From Spizellomyces punctatus DAOM BR117 (taxonomy: Eukaryota), in assembly GCA_000182565.2 (NCBI GenBank), contig KQ257459.1: a DNA stretch of 64,000 nt, one strand, 5' to 3'. The notes below the pieces were generated by a model, which had not been told where the DNA came from, ran no database searches, and was given only the letters and a program-made list of their open reading frames with translations. Shown here piece after piece: positions 49,078-61,400 of this stretch (positions are counted from its first letter, which is position 1; the number at the start of each line of letters is the position of its first letter). Made by a program: the position numbers and the translations under genes.

Positions 49078-50324
49078 ATGGACGGAGAATTCCCTGAAGG
49101 GTTTCCAGCGGAAAGATGGAATAACATTCTCCTGTATGCCCATCAACGAATATTGGAGGCAGGCGGGATGGATGCCGTCCTGCCTGCCTGCAATGGTAGC
49201 AAGGAACAAGAAGAAGGTTCTGTTGAGGAGAGTGCGGGATTCGAGAGGTTGGTCCGCCATGTCAAAAAAATGGCGGCTGCTGATATTGGTAGCACCATCC
49301 CAAAACCTCCCCAACTTCAAAATGACCGGAATGTGGCAGCGAGGTTGAAATCTGTTCGTATGTATTTCAATTAATACTCCCACTGGTCGCCCTGCATCAT
49401 TGCTCTAAAATATTTCCCCAGAAACATACCTGAACCGTCTAGAATACAATCACCTCGGTACACCATTCTTTGTCATTCGCAAATCCGCCTCCGTCCGCTC
49501 TCTGATGCGAACTGCCCAAGAGATTGTGCGGTATGGTCTACCGATAAAATGCCTAGAAGCAGCTGTGGTTGGGATGTTGTTGACGGCGGGGATAGATGGT
49601 ATCGATCGGATTACGTGTAGTTTTAAATCTCAGGTCGGGTCTGAAGTATATCGACATATCGTTTTGTTGATTCGACATGGGGATCGCTGGGGTGCCCTCG
49701 GGCTGTCGAGAAGAAGAGATTTAATGGATAAACCTTTAACTTTTCAGGTAAAAGATTTTCTGGAAAACGATTGGATTATGAGAAGAGGAGTGTGATTGCT
49801 GACAGTCATTTGTTGCAGTCTCTGCCAGAAATTCTGATGGAATATCGAACGGCATATGAGAGAAGTATGTTTGAAGAATTGAATGTATGGTATAGGCATG
49901 TTATAAACAATGAATATGCTTTGCAGACCAGCACTGTCTCATAAAGGCAAAACTTGGTAAGGCCATTGGAGTTTCTCGTAGCTGCGAAATATTAGTAACT
50001 CGGATTTGCAGGTCTCCCTGTCCCCCATGATACCTCCAGTAATGAGCGGATCGCCTGGAAGGTGTGTTGCAATTTGTGACGATCACCTATGCTGGCTACT
50101 TTTATCTGAACGCTTGAATTCGTTGCTCTCATTTCCAAGTATCTTTCCTTGCGCTTTCCAACAAGTTCGTACCATTCGTTTACTCCCCAAGCGACACACT
50201 CTATGGATCGCTTTATCCGCGGTATTCGCGGAGGGTAGGTGGCCGGAGTTTCCCCCTAACCAACGGAAAAGCTGATCTGATGCGTGTTTCCGCCAGATTT
50301 AAGCCCATTTTGGTAGATGTATGA
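49078..50324 (+). CDS. VASH: Vasohibin (tubulin carboxypeptidase family)
   Basis: YLNRLEYNHLGTPFFVIRK, LPIKCLEA (catalytic Cys), SFKS, YRHIVL (His), WGALGLSRRRDLMDKPL, GLPVPHD. Confidence 0.92.
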
Positions 50325-50667
50325 ACAGACGAATTCTGGTAATTCAATTAACAAGTAGGCTTAGAGCTATAGAATGATTACGCTAGTGTAAACTAGAAAG
50401 TATCGAGATATAATGCCGTTTGCCATCGCATGGCGGAGAAGGCACTACCATTCAAATAGAGTCGGTGGACACAGTAGTATCCACTAGTATCGATTAACAA
50501 ATCATATAGCCGTCTTATTCCCACCTCATAAATATCTTTCATGTGTGCAAAGGGCACCTCAGCCAAGATTTCAAGTCCCACAAATCCAAGACGTTCCTGC
50601 ACTCCATTCGATATGCAACGTTATCCACTGGTACTATCTGCTATCTGCTATATACAATAATAGTAGG

Positions 50668-52538
50668 TCAACGCCGCACATCCCGGATAAGATGGCTCAC
50701 CGCAGCTTGGTAGAATTCCTCATTGATGTCGACTAATGCCTTGTTATGATCCGCCAAGCGCTCAACCTCCCCGCGTAATCTAGACATCTCCGCCTCTATG
50801 CTGTTGCCGCCATTCGACAGTTCCATTTGACGAACCCGTTCTTCCACAGATCTAGTAAATGCGTGTTCTAGAGCCCCGTGTTTAGTGCAAATTCTTGAAT
50901 AAGACTCCTCATTTAGCAATTTACCTGCTGTCAACGTTTCTTTTTGGAAGACTTCCAGCGGCTATCAAACAGATTCGTAAAATGATTGAGTCCTTGGTGG
51001 ATCAAGTGAATCGCCGCAAGAAACTGCGCTTACATCGTCCACAATGCCACTACACGCTGGCAATGTCCATTCCTCGCGATCTCTATCCAGTGTGTCCACA
51101 TCCTCCGCAATCTCATGACGCTTCCAAGGTCTCAAAGCAGGCAAATAATCATTTGATACCCCGGGATCCATCAAATGTGGTGGTCTGAGCAGAATCTTAA
51201 CGTCCGTCACAGGTGCTAGAGCGAGGTTAGAGCCTAGTCAATTCCGGTGTTGGGGTGGCCCCTTACCCTTATGATTCGAAAGAGTGCGCAAACACTGACG
51301 ACTAGTAGTATCCCAGACGATCGCTGTGCAATCCTCGGATCCTGACAATAAGAGAGATCCATCAAGCGACAAAGCTAGGCTGGTAACGTTTTGACTAAGA
51401 ACTGGAATAAGCATGGGTGCAAAACTATATTAAAGCTACCTTTCTCACCTGTGACCCAGTAGGGTACCGCCATCTGCATCTGCATCCTCCACTGCACCTT
51501 TCCGCAACCCCACCGTATCACCATCAGCGTTTCGGCTGTACAAATTGGTCTGATATATTGTCCCTTCGGTCGCTCCTGCATATAACCTTGTCTCAGTCAC
51601 GTCCACTACCAGGCTGCTTATCGCTTTTGGAAAGACGATGGTTGCTAGCAGCTCTCCCGAAGCTCCCTCCCATATCTGACATTGATTAGCTAACCGGGTC
51701 AGTATGAGTATAGATTGCATCAAACACCTTGAGTGGTACAAACCTTGCACGTTCTATCTATTGATGTTGTGAATATTCTCGAATTCGCAAAGAGTCCAAC
51801 CCCAAAGACGATGTCGGAAATTGGCAATGCATGACCAGAAAGAGAACGGTGGGGACTTGAAACTGACTCGCTATTTGGATCTAACACGCTGCGTGACGGA
51901 TCATGTTAAACGTGCCGATCATCCGTTACGTAGGATGCAGTGATTCCCACCGTGAAAGAAGCCAGACATTTGCCACCGCATCTTCACCTCCTGTGATGAA
52001 AGCAACGTCGTCGCTTGAAAAGCGGACGACACGTACAGCCTTATAATGTGCATCGAACATTCGAACGAGGCGTCCACTATTGAGCTACATCACAGGCGTA
52101 AATTGAACAGCCAAAGATAAAGCCTAGGTCTGGTGAGGAATGCCCACCTGCCATACGTAGACTCTCCCGGAATAACCGCCGCCCACACAATACTCCCCTG
52201 AATGCGATACTGCCATGGAACACAGCTTTTCAGGCAGGACAAACTTTGTATGAAGCTGTCCCTAAAACGAAAAATTTGAGTACACCAAGCCCTTCAAAAC
52301 AATTATGTGAAGCTACCTTTGCCCAGCTCCAAAGGTGAACAAGTGCCCTATCATTTTGTGCCGCCAAGAAGCTTGAGCTGAACAAAGTACCTCCCGCGGC
52401 AGACATTGGCAAAGTTGCGGTGGTTTTCGGATCTGACTTGTTCCCTTTCAAAGAGCCAAGTACCACCCCTGAACGTAGGTCACATATTTGAACGGCTGTG
52501 TCCGAGGACGAAGCCGTTACCGCTATCTCTGAAAGCAT
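50668..52538 (-). CDS. IPI3: WD40 pre-rRNA processing protein Ipi3/WDR18
   Basis: VHLWSWAK, LPEKL..AVSHSGEYCVGGGYSGRVYVWQ, SGRLVRMFDAHYKAV, ITGGEDA, LSGHALPISDI, TSIDRTCK and a C-terminal coiled coil. Confidence 0.9.
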
Positions 52539-52622
52539 TTCCAAGGGCAATGGGTAAGGAAGAACTGTCGGACTTACAAAATCAGATTGGGTCAAGTAAG
52601 TACTTGTTGCTATGACAACAAA

Positions 52623-52635
52623 TGAGTCACGTGAC
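52623..52635. promoter_or_regulatory. Overlapping AP-1/Gcn4-like TGAGTCA and palindromic E-box GTCACGTGAC in the IPI3/PWWP divergent promoter
   Basis: Sequence TGAGTCACGTGAC seen directly; function is inferred. Confidence 0.35.
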
Positions 52636-52961
52636 AGCACATTACCCAAAGGTGGTTGCGTTTGTGTCGTCTGCTGGTGCTGGAGATCAGGGTCCTTGTG
52701 TTCATCATCTGGGTTCTGGAGTGCGAGTATAGAATAAGAAGTTTGACGTAAGAGAATATAGGTGGAAGATAGGGGACTAGGACGTTCGTTGCTCTGGACA
52801 GTTTTCTGCACGCAACGGTGATCTTGTTTGGTGCGCTCGCGTTTGTTACATCGTAGAAAGAAAACACGCAAGCAACTTTGTTTGGTGAGTGCTGGCTTGT
52901 AGTTCACGCGAGAGCTGGGGATACCTTATTGATCAGGTTACTCCACCAGCCCAGATTAGCT

Positions 52962-54670
52962 ATGAGTGACGTCGAGGAACCCAAATCGCCCGCAGTGCCT
53001 ACATCGCCCAAATCACCCAAATCGCCCAAGTCGTCAGGTCCTACCTCTATATACACCCCAGGAACCGCAGTTTGGGCTAGATTGAAAGGATACCCCTGGT
53101 GGCCTGGTCGGGTAGGCATTTAATCTAACGTCGCATATTTGTTCAGCCCTCCATGTGCTAAATATGTTTAATGGTCGACAGATCGAACGAGAAGACGAGT
53201 TGCCCGAGGATGTACTTGCCCAGAAAAAATCCAAAACCATAGCAGTGTTCTTCTTTGGTTCGAGAAACTAGTAAGCATAATTGTAGCTATCTGGATTCAT
53301 TCGCACACATTTGAACGGGCTCTTCAGTTCATGGTTAGCGCAAGATGCATTAAGACCATACAAGGAGCACAAGGAAGAATTTTGTAGCAAGAATAAAACT
53401 GCGGCATTCTTGAAAGCCGTTAGAGAGGCGGATGATCCGTCCATACTCGAAAGAGAAGCTGAGGAATTCGCTGCTAAGGCGGAGAGGAAGAGACAAAAGA
53501 AATTGGCTACCCCGAGCCGACGCCGGTCGAGTGTGAATGAGACGGGTACTGGCAAGAAAAAGTCTCGACCAGATGCAAATGGAGCGGACACGAAAAAGCG
53601 AAGAGTAAGCGAACCGGCGCCAGGCAAGAAAAGCAAGAAGCGTGCAATCGAAGAGTCCGATGAAGAGGAGAAAGAGGTGTGTTAGTTTGTGTGAGGCCAT
53701 CTTGAATGAGAAGGTGAAGTAAACATCAAAGTAAAGCCCATAGCGGAAAGGAAGCGTCGTAAGCGCGAAGTTCAAGCCGCTGTTGATGACGACGAGGAGA
53801 ACGAAGGCGCGCATGATACACAGAAGGAAGACGAATCTGGAAATGAATCGGAAGGTACTAAATCGAAAAAGGCCAAGAGAAATGACGAGGAAGGTCACAA
53901 ATTGCTGAGTATGGCTTGCGAAGGCTTGCGAAATTTGTCATCAACAGGTGAAACCCAGAACTCACTGCTTCTCACATTTAGAGAAACTGTGGAGGATTCG
54001 GCTTAAGCTTCAAGGCTTTATCAAGGATGTCAAGGAACAGGGGGATAAACTTAAGGTACTAAAGCATCTCTCATTATGCTATCATAGCGCGATTTCAGCA
54101 TCTGACCATATGCCCTCAGGCGGAACAATACGAGGAAGCCGAGGCCAAGCTGCGTGAACTGGAGAGTTTCCCACTTACAGTCGACCTATTAAAAGTGCGT
54201 TACTTCATGCTGCGAAGCTTGTTAATCACTACCACTAACGTGACTGGGTTGTGTCCAAAAAGGAAACCAAGGTCGGAAAATTGGTGAAACACATGAGCAG
54301 ACTCCAGATTCCGAACGATAAGCACAACCTTGTACCGCGCTCGAATGACTTGATGGCAAAACTCAAATTGCAACTCCCTGAAGCGTCTGCTGCTGGTGAT
54401 GAGAAAGAACCCAAGGAGCCCTCTCATAAGGAGGCCGATGCAGAAGGTGAAATCGCCGAGGCTCCTCAAAAAGCTGATGAGGAGATAGTTGACAAGGAGG
54501 AACACGACATGGACATTGATAATGGCGATCAGGTCTCGGAACAAGCTCAGGCTGACGATACGCCCTCCCAGAACGAGGACGACTCTAACGGCAAGGTCAC
54601 AAGGAATGCGAATGGATCGGAGAAGCAGGAAACTGACGATCCTGAAACTGCAGCCATGGACAAAGAATAA
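52962..54670 (+). CDS. PWWP-domain chromatin protein with a C-terminal TFIIS-N/IBD-like helical domain
   Basis: GTAVWARLKGYPWWPGR, VFFFGSRNYSW, a K/R- and acid-rich linker, LTVDLLK/ETKVGKLVKH. Confidence 0.85.
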
Positions 54671-55459
54671 TTATGTTGCCATATTGGCGACTCATGGTCG
54701 CAGATAGCTTTGGCTTTTTGTATCTTTGATATTTTGGGCAAGAATTGACTGTTGGATGATACATAGTGCGTGGGAAAATACAAATGTCAATGTCATTACG
54801 TTGCAGTCAACTTGAATGAACCACATTTATTGTGACATTATCATCTCATCATGAAGATAAACAATGACGATGGTCGCGACCATGAATGATAGCAACGATT
54901 GCCGCTGCAGGCATCTGATGAGTCGAACAGTCTGCGATTGTATTCCGTTTTTTTCTATAAGGCCCCTCTTCTCCTTTATCCTTGACTCCCAGCAAGGAAG
55001 CATGCGAAGAATCTCCCTCTGGCTACGAGAACCTCACCTTCCTGACAGCAACAATGAGCAAGGATTGCCTTGCAATGCTACTATTAATATGCTGCTACGA
55101 GCGCAGGTATGCAATGTCCTTGTGCGGTTTCCCATGCTCACGATCCAGTCGAAAGTTTGGTTTACTAGTATCTGAATATCCTCCGACTAAATCGCTTCGA
55201 AACAAAGGCCCCGCTCGTAGTAGTAAGTTAGCTTCATGCGGGAGGTTGTCACTGGAGCCAAATGGTTCAATCCGCTTTTCACGTGACTAGCGGCTGCGCC
55301 ATTATCGTAAGCAAGCGGAGAACTGTGCCAGGGAGATCAGCATCATAGCATTCAGCAAGTGAGGACCGATCTGCCCAACGAGTACAACGCATGAGACATT
55401 CTTTATCTTTTTTGCAAGGCTTTTCGTTGAGTGCATAGATCGGTGCACTATAGTTGGAG

Positions 55460-58400
55460 ATGCAGGGGTCGTCGCCTCACCAGAGCGTTGGGAAACAGAA
55501 GGTTCGTCGTCCGGAGGTCGAGTCTAACAAGAGCTACATCTCACATGGTTCTCAGAGAGATCTTTTGCCCACTGGTACAAGAGGTAGATCATGGCAAACA
55601 GAATCTTCATACATCCCGAGGCAAGCCCTCGGCGACCCTCCATTGTCTACCTTCGAGCAAATAGAATCAACCTTTATCAAGACAATTAAGCCAGGTTCAA
55701 CAAGTATAATGAGCAGCCCACTAGTTTCTTTTTGCTAAAAGGAACTACCTTGAAGACTCTATAGATTCAAGTTACCACCCGGCACGAACAAAACAACCAA
55801 CGCAAAGACTCGCCGATGCTGCCCCCAAGAGTGAGATTGTGGCATCTCCCCAAGTAATAGCTCCAGAAAAACAACACTTGTCACCGGGGCTACGGCCAGA
55901 TAAGGGCTCAAAGAAAGATAGAGAGTCATTCCGAACAGCTCTTGTGAATATCGTGATGTGAGGCCTAGGGACGAATTCCAACTGATAAAGGGGCCAATGC
56001 TAATAGGGAGCATCTTCGACTTTAGGCAAGCCGCGCCTGGTTCTCTTACACCAGTGCTTCCCCAAATCGATGTAGAGGTCAATGAAGATCTGCCATCTGC
56101 ATCTTTGCAAGATAAAGATATGATGGTTAGTATCATGTCAAGGGTAGAGTATAATTGCGTAGTTATTGATTTTTTCAGATATTTTAGCAACGATATTATT
56201 ACTATATTACGAACGGAATAGATACACATCACGTTGCGAAAATGGAAGACGAATGGCTTGCAAATGTTTTGAAGTTGCTCCCGCAATCTTTAAAAGTATG
56301 GCACCAAAATACGTTGCAGGCACTTTCTGGGGAAATGAGAGAAGATTACCACATGAGCGTGAAAAAGGCCATTGTAGATTTTGTTTTGAAGGTGCGGAAT
56401 GAGAACATGAGAACTAAGATCCTCTGTCTGATGCTAACTGGTGCCGTTTAAATTCAACAGGATCCTCGACAAAAGGTTGAGTATGGTGGCCCAGAAAAGG
56501 CTGGAAATGAAAGCTTTGTTATGTAGGTAACTTGTGTGCTCTTTAGATTTAGGTATACTTGACCACTTATACTCCGCTGCCATTAAAAGGATCCGGCGTT
56601 CGACCCCAACGTGGCAGATGGCGTACGTTCAAGCCTATCAAAGCATACAATCTTCGCTTTTTATTATCAACCCCACGATAGCGGAGATACAGGATCTTTG
56701 GCACAACTTTGAGGACATTCGGCTATTTGACATGGATGCAGTCTTCAGCAAAGGAGGTGCATTTGAACTGCGCGCCTTCAAAACTACTCTAACGCAGCGT
56801 TTTGAGAAGGCGCACGAAAAGCTCATGACCAGGTACCGAACATCCTTGAGTTGTCCCGCTTTCTTCATGGGCTCACGCACTTGAAAATTAACAGCTGGTA
56901 TCCGGCCATGTTGAATGTCTTCTATCAAGGCACCAAGCGCAATGAATGGTCCTCCATTCCAACAGAAAGAATGGAAACGTTCTTCCGAACCGTTTCATTT
57001 ATTCTCGCAAATCAATTACGTCTCATTGTATCGCGATCGCTTGAAGACTTCGTTTCTCTTTTCGACACTGACAACCGTCCAGCTGGCAAGAGTTTCGAAA
57101 ATTCTCAGCCGCTTTCTTTTGTCGTTCGCCTCGTTTTGGATGATACAAGGGTGGTTTTCGAGCCATCTGCGAAGGATATCTTGACGACTGTGGACAGCCT
57201 CCTGGATGCTCTACTTGTAGCGGCCGACAGAGTTCCGAAGATCGAGACGCAGCTTTTCTCCACCGGACAAGCCGTTACGAGTACACGGGCGGGAATCATG
57301 AACCTGAAGCCTGAACAATGTATCAAAGTGACATTTGCAGAGACTTTCCCGGTGGTAGTGGAAGAGGCACGGGAAAATCTCAAGAGTATTATCTCGAAGC
57401 GTTTACAGCTGCCGCAGGTCTATCTGCAGGAATTTGATAAGCACCGTGCATTGATAGGGAAAACTGCAGAGAAAGATGTCGCAGTATTCCTCACCACGGA
57501 GCCAACCTCGGATAAAATGATGGAGGTACGGTGGATTGTTCTGGCGTCTCACGAGCTCATCTCATCATTGAATTTTTTGCTGCATTTTAGGAAGTTAAGC
57601 GCTACCGTGAGCTTGCTTCGGCGAAGATCCACAGTGCATACCCCTTCATTGTGAACTTCCCATTAATCGAACTTCATTGCGAAGACTTCATCAATACCTT
57701 ATCGGAGCGTGCAATTACCTTGAGCAACAATATCCTAGACCACCTAAATTCCATCTACCGCACCGACTGCAATCAGATCATTGCGTCTTTCGAGGCCATC
57801 TCCAAGAAAATGCTTACGCCACCCAGTAACGTAGAAGAAATGGTTGCACTTCAGAAGTTTATTGACGAAACAAGAACGGTTACAATGCGCTCCCTTGAGG
57901 AATTGGTGGACGGAGCCAAGCGGAGGTATTTAAATGGGATCAAGAGCATTTGTCAACCATCCATAATAATGTGCGGCATCCTCTTTAGATTGAACTTCAT
58001 GTTGATTTATTCTAATTTAAATGCCGAGGATTACGAACTCAATACTGGCTTATTCACTTGGCCACAGAAAATGCAACCGACATTTGTTGAAGGAGAAAAC
58101 ATTCTCATGCGATCACGGTCCACTAATCAAGACGAGCTCAAAGCCCGCAGGGAAAAGTTGCTTGCCGAGCTCGACGGATACGCCAAGCAGATTGAAGAGT
58201 ATCATACATTTGGCAACTATGAGGAGCTTTCAAAGTATCTCAAAGCTGCCCAGAAACTGCAAGCGCGTTTGGATTCGATTGCAGAACGAATTGTTGCCTT
58301 TAATCGCGAGGAGGAACTTTTTGGTTGGGAAAGCACAAAGTTCAATGCTCTAAACACCGCGTTGGACGCATTGGCACCATTCCTTACACTGTATCAAACA

Positions 58401-61400
58401 TCAGTCGATTTCCAGCGATGCTACCACAGTTGGATGACAGGGCCGTTCCTAAAACTAGATCCAGAAGTTGTGGATGCCGAAGTGACGAACATGCGCAGAA
58501 ATATTTTCAAGCTTTCTTTGTCTTTTGAGAACAACCCAGCGCCCTCAGAAATCGCAGAGATCACCAAGGAGCAGATTGAGAGGTTCCAAGTGTCATTGCC
58601 CTTAATCAGCACCCTCTGCAATCCTGGTCTGAGAGAACGCCATTGGAAAGAGATCAGCCAGGTTGTTGGATTCAGATTCCAGCCTGATGAGACAACAAGC
58701 TTGTCGGGAGGTACTGCATTGCCATATAAAGCGTCAGATTTTTGTTTGATTTCTGATTACTGATTTTGGTCACGACCATTAGTCCTTGAGCGAAATTTGA
58801 GCGAACACATGGACCGACTGGAACAGATCAGCTCAGTGGCAACCAAAGAGTATTCCTTCGAAAAAGCTCTCCAGAAGATGTATGCCGAATGGCAGGCCAT
58901 GGAGTTTGGCACTGTAGAATATCGCGACACCGGAACCCATATTTTGTCATCCGTGGATGAGATACAGTCATTGTTCGATGATCACATTGTCAAAACGCAA
59001 ACCATGCGTAGTTCTCCATTCATTAAGGCATTTGATGAAGAAACCAGGGCTTGGGAGGAAAGGCTTCTTACAATGCAGGTATGCTATCAAAACGGCCCGA
59101 ATCTAAATTTGGCGAATGGAGCTGAAGGTCACATCGTAATGTAGGAAATTGTCGATGAGTGGCTGAAGGTACAGGCAACTTGGCTGTATCTGGAACCAAT
59201 TTTCAGTTCGGAAGACATCATGAGGCAAATGCCTACAGAAGGCAAACGGTTTGTCTCTGTCAATAAGACTTGGAAAGACATTATGGCTTTCTGCGTTGTG
59301 GATCAGCATGTGCTTCGCGTGTGTGCGATGCCGGATCTCCTCCACAAGGTTCGGCGAGGTACTTTGTTTGTTTCCTTTTCATTGAAAGCTAATGGGTCAA
59401 TTGTTCTGATGCTGAAGCTTACGGATAGTAACAATGAGCTGGAGCTAATCCAAAAAGGCTTAAACCAATATCTTGAGGTTAAGCGACTCTTCTTTCCTCG
59501 GTTCTTTTTCTTGTCGAACGATGAGATGCTCGAAATTCTCTCCGAGACTCGTGATCCAAAGAGAGTTCAACCCCACCTCAAAAAATGTTTTGAAGGAATC
59601 AACAGTCTTGAATTCGACGAAGATGTCGAAATTCTTGGCATGTACAGCAGCCAGAAAGAGTACATCAAATTCAGCCATCCCATATCTACGGCTGCAGCCG
59701 CTGGTGCAGTTGAGCGCTGGTTGTTGGATGTGGAGAGAGCGATGCTGGCAAGCATGCGCACTGTAACGGCGGCAGCATATGAAGACTACAAAGAGACACC
59801 TCGTGAAGAGTGGGTGTTGAAATGGCCTGGGCAGGTTGTACTTGGTGTCAGTCAGATTTTCTGGACGAGGGAGGTAGAGTTTGCTATTTTAGAGGGCAGA
59901 CAAAATGGCCTGGCAAAATACGTTGATCAGAGTACCGAGAGACTTTCAAAAGTTGTTGAGCTGGTCCGAGGGAATCTCTCCCGACTTGCTCGAACGACGC
60001 TGGAAGCACTCGTCGTGGTGAGTTCGCAATGATGCAGAAATGCTTCCGACCTGTGCACGCACATTAATAAGCTTGCCTCGCTTGGCAGATTGATGTTCAT
60101 GCTCGCGACGTTGTAAGCAAGCTGGATGAAGATAAGGTCAGCAGTACCACGGACTTTGGATGGCTGAGTCAATTGCGATACTATCTACCTGATAAAGACA
60201 CTGGGGTATTGGTGAAGATGATTAATTCTGTTCAAAAGTAAGTCGAACGTTATTGAGCTGCTTTCTAGCTACAATTGACATATTCCCATGTCAATACAGG
60301 TACGGTTACGAGTACTTGGGAAACACTGGAAGACTGGTCATTACTCCGTTGACGGTATGATTGTGCTGCAACGTAGATCTCTCTGGCCGGAAGTATAATA
60401 CTTTTCTTTCGTAAAGGACCGGTGTTATCGGACGCTTTTTGGAGCGTTACAGCTCAATTTGGGGGGCGCACCAGAGGGTCCGGCTGGAACGGGAAAGACC
60501 GAAACGGTCAAGGATCTTGCAAAGGCTTTGGCAATGTTCTGTGTTGTTTACAACTGCTCTGACGGTCTCGATTACATTGCAATGGGCAAATTCTTCAAGG
60601 GCCTTGCTTCGGCAGGTGCTTGGGCATGCTTTGACGAATTCAATCGAATAGATTTGGAGGTCTTGTCAGTCGTGGCTCAACAGATTCTCACGATTCAGAG
60701 AGCTAAGGCGGCGAAGCTGGAAATATTCACCTTTGAAGGAACAGAGTTAACTCTGAACCCAGTCTGCAACTGCTTTATCACCATGAATCCGGGATACGCC
60801 GGGCGTAGCGAACTTCCAGATAACTTGAAAGCTCTGTTCAGGTGCGCCCACTTTAGCCCTCTCGCTAACAGGATGAATGATTAACTTCATTACTTTGTCC
60901 TTATAGACCTGTCGCTATGATGGTGTGTTCTTTGCTTTGGTGCACTGTTTTCCTTGGGAACTCTGTCATCTAATGCTTTAATGGTTGGCAGGTGCCCGAT
61001 TACACTCTAATTGCAGAGATCAGTTTATACAGCTTTGGCTTCGTCAATGCCCGTAGCTTAGCGGTGAAGATCACAGCTACCTACCGACTATGCTCGGAGC
61101 AACTCAGTTCTCAGGATCACTACGATTACGGCATGAGAGCTGTGAAGTCCGTTTTGAATGCAGCTGGAGCCTTAAAGTTGAAGTATCCAAATGAAAATGA
61201 GGTAGCTACGTTTTGATTGTACCAGTAAGACTGGTTTTACCCTTCTAAACTCTGACTTGGCTTTGCGAAAGAATATCCTTGTTCTCCGGTCCATCATTGA
61301 TGTTAATCTGGCAAAATTCCTGGTTCAGGATATTCCATTGTTCAAAGGCATTGCGGCGGATCTATTCCCGGGGGTCTCGTTGCCTACACCAGACTACGAG

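Noticed and set aside
52680-52712. Minus-strand ATGATGA...CTGA resembling C/D snoRNA boxes
   Set aside because: Only about 25 nt in total, too short for a snoRNA.
54675-54691. GTTGCC-ATATT-GGCGAC as an RFX X-box for dynein
   Set aside because: Spacer too long, and it sits just after the PWWP stop, about 780 bp from the dynein ATG.
55955-55960. Apparent in-frame TGA early in the dynein gene (readthrough or selenocysteine?)
   Set aside because: It lies at a GTGAGG donor; removing the intron restores IVM/QAAPG.
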